DNA of 64,000 nucleotides from NCBI GenBank assembly GCA_012295275.1, contig CM022667.1, forward strand, positions 8,432,001-8,496,000, in the 5' to 3' direction. A model generated the notes under the pieces. It was not told the DNA's origin. It worked only from the letters and a program-made list of their open reading frames with translations, and searched no databases. Source of the DNA: Chrysomallon squamiferum (lineage: Eukaryota; Animalia; Mollusca). The position numbers and the translations under genes are program-made. Shown here in pieces: positions 62,300 through 64,000 of this stretch (within the stretch, counting starts at the first letter, position 1; each line of letters starts with the position of its first letter).

Positions 62300-63850
62300 A
62301 ATCATAATAACTCAATGTATGAACTGAGTATAGACTACGTGACAGTCACAGTAACTCAGTGTGTGAACTGAGCAAAGACAGCATGACCAGTCACAGTAAC
62401 TCAATGTGTGAACTGAGCAAAGACAGCATGACCAGTCACACTCAGTGTGTGAACTGAGCAAAGACAGCATGACCAGTCACAGTAACTCAGTGTGTGAACT
62501 GAGCTTAGACAGCATGACCAGTCACACTCAGTGTGTGAACTGAGCAAAGACAGCATGACCAGTCACAGTAACTCAGTGTGTGAACTGAGTAAAGACAGCA
62601 TGACCAGTCACACTCAGTGTGTGAACTGAGCAAAGACAGCATGACCAGTCACACTCAGTGTGTGAACTGAGCAAAGACAGCACGAGCAGTCACAGTAACT
62701 CAGTGTGTGAACTGAGCAAAGACAGCATGACCAGTCACAGTAACTCAGTGTGTGAACTGAGCAAAGACAGCATGACCAGTCACAGTAACTCAGTGTGTGA
62801 ACTGAGCTTAGACAGCATGACCAGTCACACTCAGTGTGTGAACTGAGCAAAGACAGCATGAGCAGTCACAGTAACTCAGTGTGTGAACTGAGCTTAGCAT
62901 GACCAGTCACAGTAACTCAGTGTGTGAACTGAGCAAAGACAGCATGAGCAGTCACAGTAACTCAGTGTGTGAACTGAGCAAAGACAGCATGACCAGTCAC
63001 AGTAACTCAGTGTGTGAACTGAGCTTAGACAGCATGACCAGTCACACTCAGTGTGTGAACTGAGCAAAGACAGCATGACCAGTCACAGTAACTCAGTGTG
63101 TGAACTGAGTAAAGACAGCATGACCAGTCACACTCAGTGTGTGAACTGAGCAAAGACAGCATGACCAGTCACAGTAACTCGGTGTGTGAACTGAGCAAAG
63201 ACAGCATGAGCAGTCACAGTAACTCAGTGTGTGAACTGAGCAAAGACAGCATGACCAGTCACAGTAACTCGGTGTGTGAACTGAGCAAAGACAGCATGAG
63301 CAGTCACAGTAACTCAGTGTGTGAACTGAGCAAAGACAGCATGACCAGTCACAGTAACTCAGTGTGTGAACTGAGCTTAGACAGCATGACCAGTCACACT
63401 CAGTGTGTGAACTGAGCAAAGACAGCATGAGCAGTCACAGTAACTCAGTGTGTGAACTGAGCTTAGCATGACCAGTCACAGTAACTCAGTGTGTGAACTG
63501 AGCAAAGACAGCATGAGCAGTCACAGTAACTCAGTGTGTGAACTGAGTAAAGACAGCATGACCAGTCACAGTAACTCAGTGTGTGAACTGAGCAAAGACA
63601 GCATGAGCAGTCACAGTAACTCAGTGTGTGAACTGAGTAAAGACAGCATGACGTCACACTCAGTGTGTGAACTGAGCAAAGACAGCATGACCAGTCACAC
63701 TCAGTGTGTGAACTGAGCAAAGACAGCATGAGCAGTCACAGTAACTCAGTGTGTGAACTGAGCAAAGACAGCATGACCAGTCACACTCAGTGTGTGAACT
63801 GAGCAAAGACAGCATGACCAGTCACAATAACTCAATGTGTGAACTGAGCA
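62300..63850. repeat. Minisatellite array, 45-bp unit ACTCAGTGTGTGAACTGAGCAAAGACAGCATGACCAGTCACAGTA with 41-bp variants, ~35 copies
   Basis: Direct reading; near-identical units, degenerate copies back to ~62130, internal CTCAGT/ACTGAG stem. Confidence 0.95.
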
Positions 63851-64000
63851 CAGAACCTCCAACCAATGAGTTAGTAGTAAGAAAGCTTTAAAAAAAAAAA
63901 AAAATGTTTATTACTTGTGTATCTGTTGTGTGACTTGTTAACCAAGGTGTTGATTTACTGTTGGTGGTAAACATCTCTGCTTCATTTGCATGCTTGAAAA

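Noticed and set aside
62300-63850. CRISPR-like array, or Cys/His-rich repeat protein (ORFs 62614-63729)
   Set aside because: Units are head-to-tail with no unique spacers, there are no cas genes and the context is eukaryotic. The ORFs arise from the 45-bp period and are broken by the 41-bp variants.

Overview
AT-rich, microsatellite-dense animal genomic DNA, most likely a mollusc (probably a gastropod; inferred from gene content and a tRNA-derived SINE). It has spliced genes with GT-AG introns whose phases I checked by hand. (1) The 3' part of TBC1D31/WDR67 (+, 1..12297, 18 exons). One exon (~9098-9480) is scrambled by local duplications. (2) An intronless TALE-class homeobox gene nested on the same strand in the TBC1D31 intron at 2876-5743 (4141..5068). 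It resembles spiralian-specific SPILE-type TALE genes. It is split into three ORFs by two -1 frame breaks, yet keeps an apparent TATA/Inr promoter rich in TALE sites and a 3'UTR with maternal-mRNA motifs. This is the most interesting object in the window. (3) A classical aquaporin (+, 18972..32666, 3 exons, 303 aa) with NPA/NTA motifs. (4) NAGPA, the uncovering enzyme (-, 38678..47147, 11 exons, 587 aa), with two CLEAR boxes in its promoter. (5) The probable 5' end of an unidentified + strand gene with several alternative first exons (50.3-59.4 kb). Also present: a Tigger/pogo-type MITE, a hAT MITE with an 8-bp TSD, SINE remnants, several minisatellites (including a 1.5-kb 45/41-bp array), and a visible mosaic of CpG-poor and CpG-rich domains. 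No database searches were possible, so family names rest on recognised motifs.
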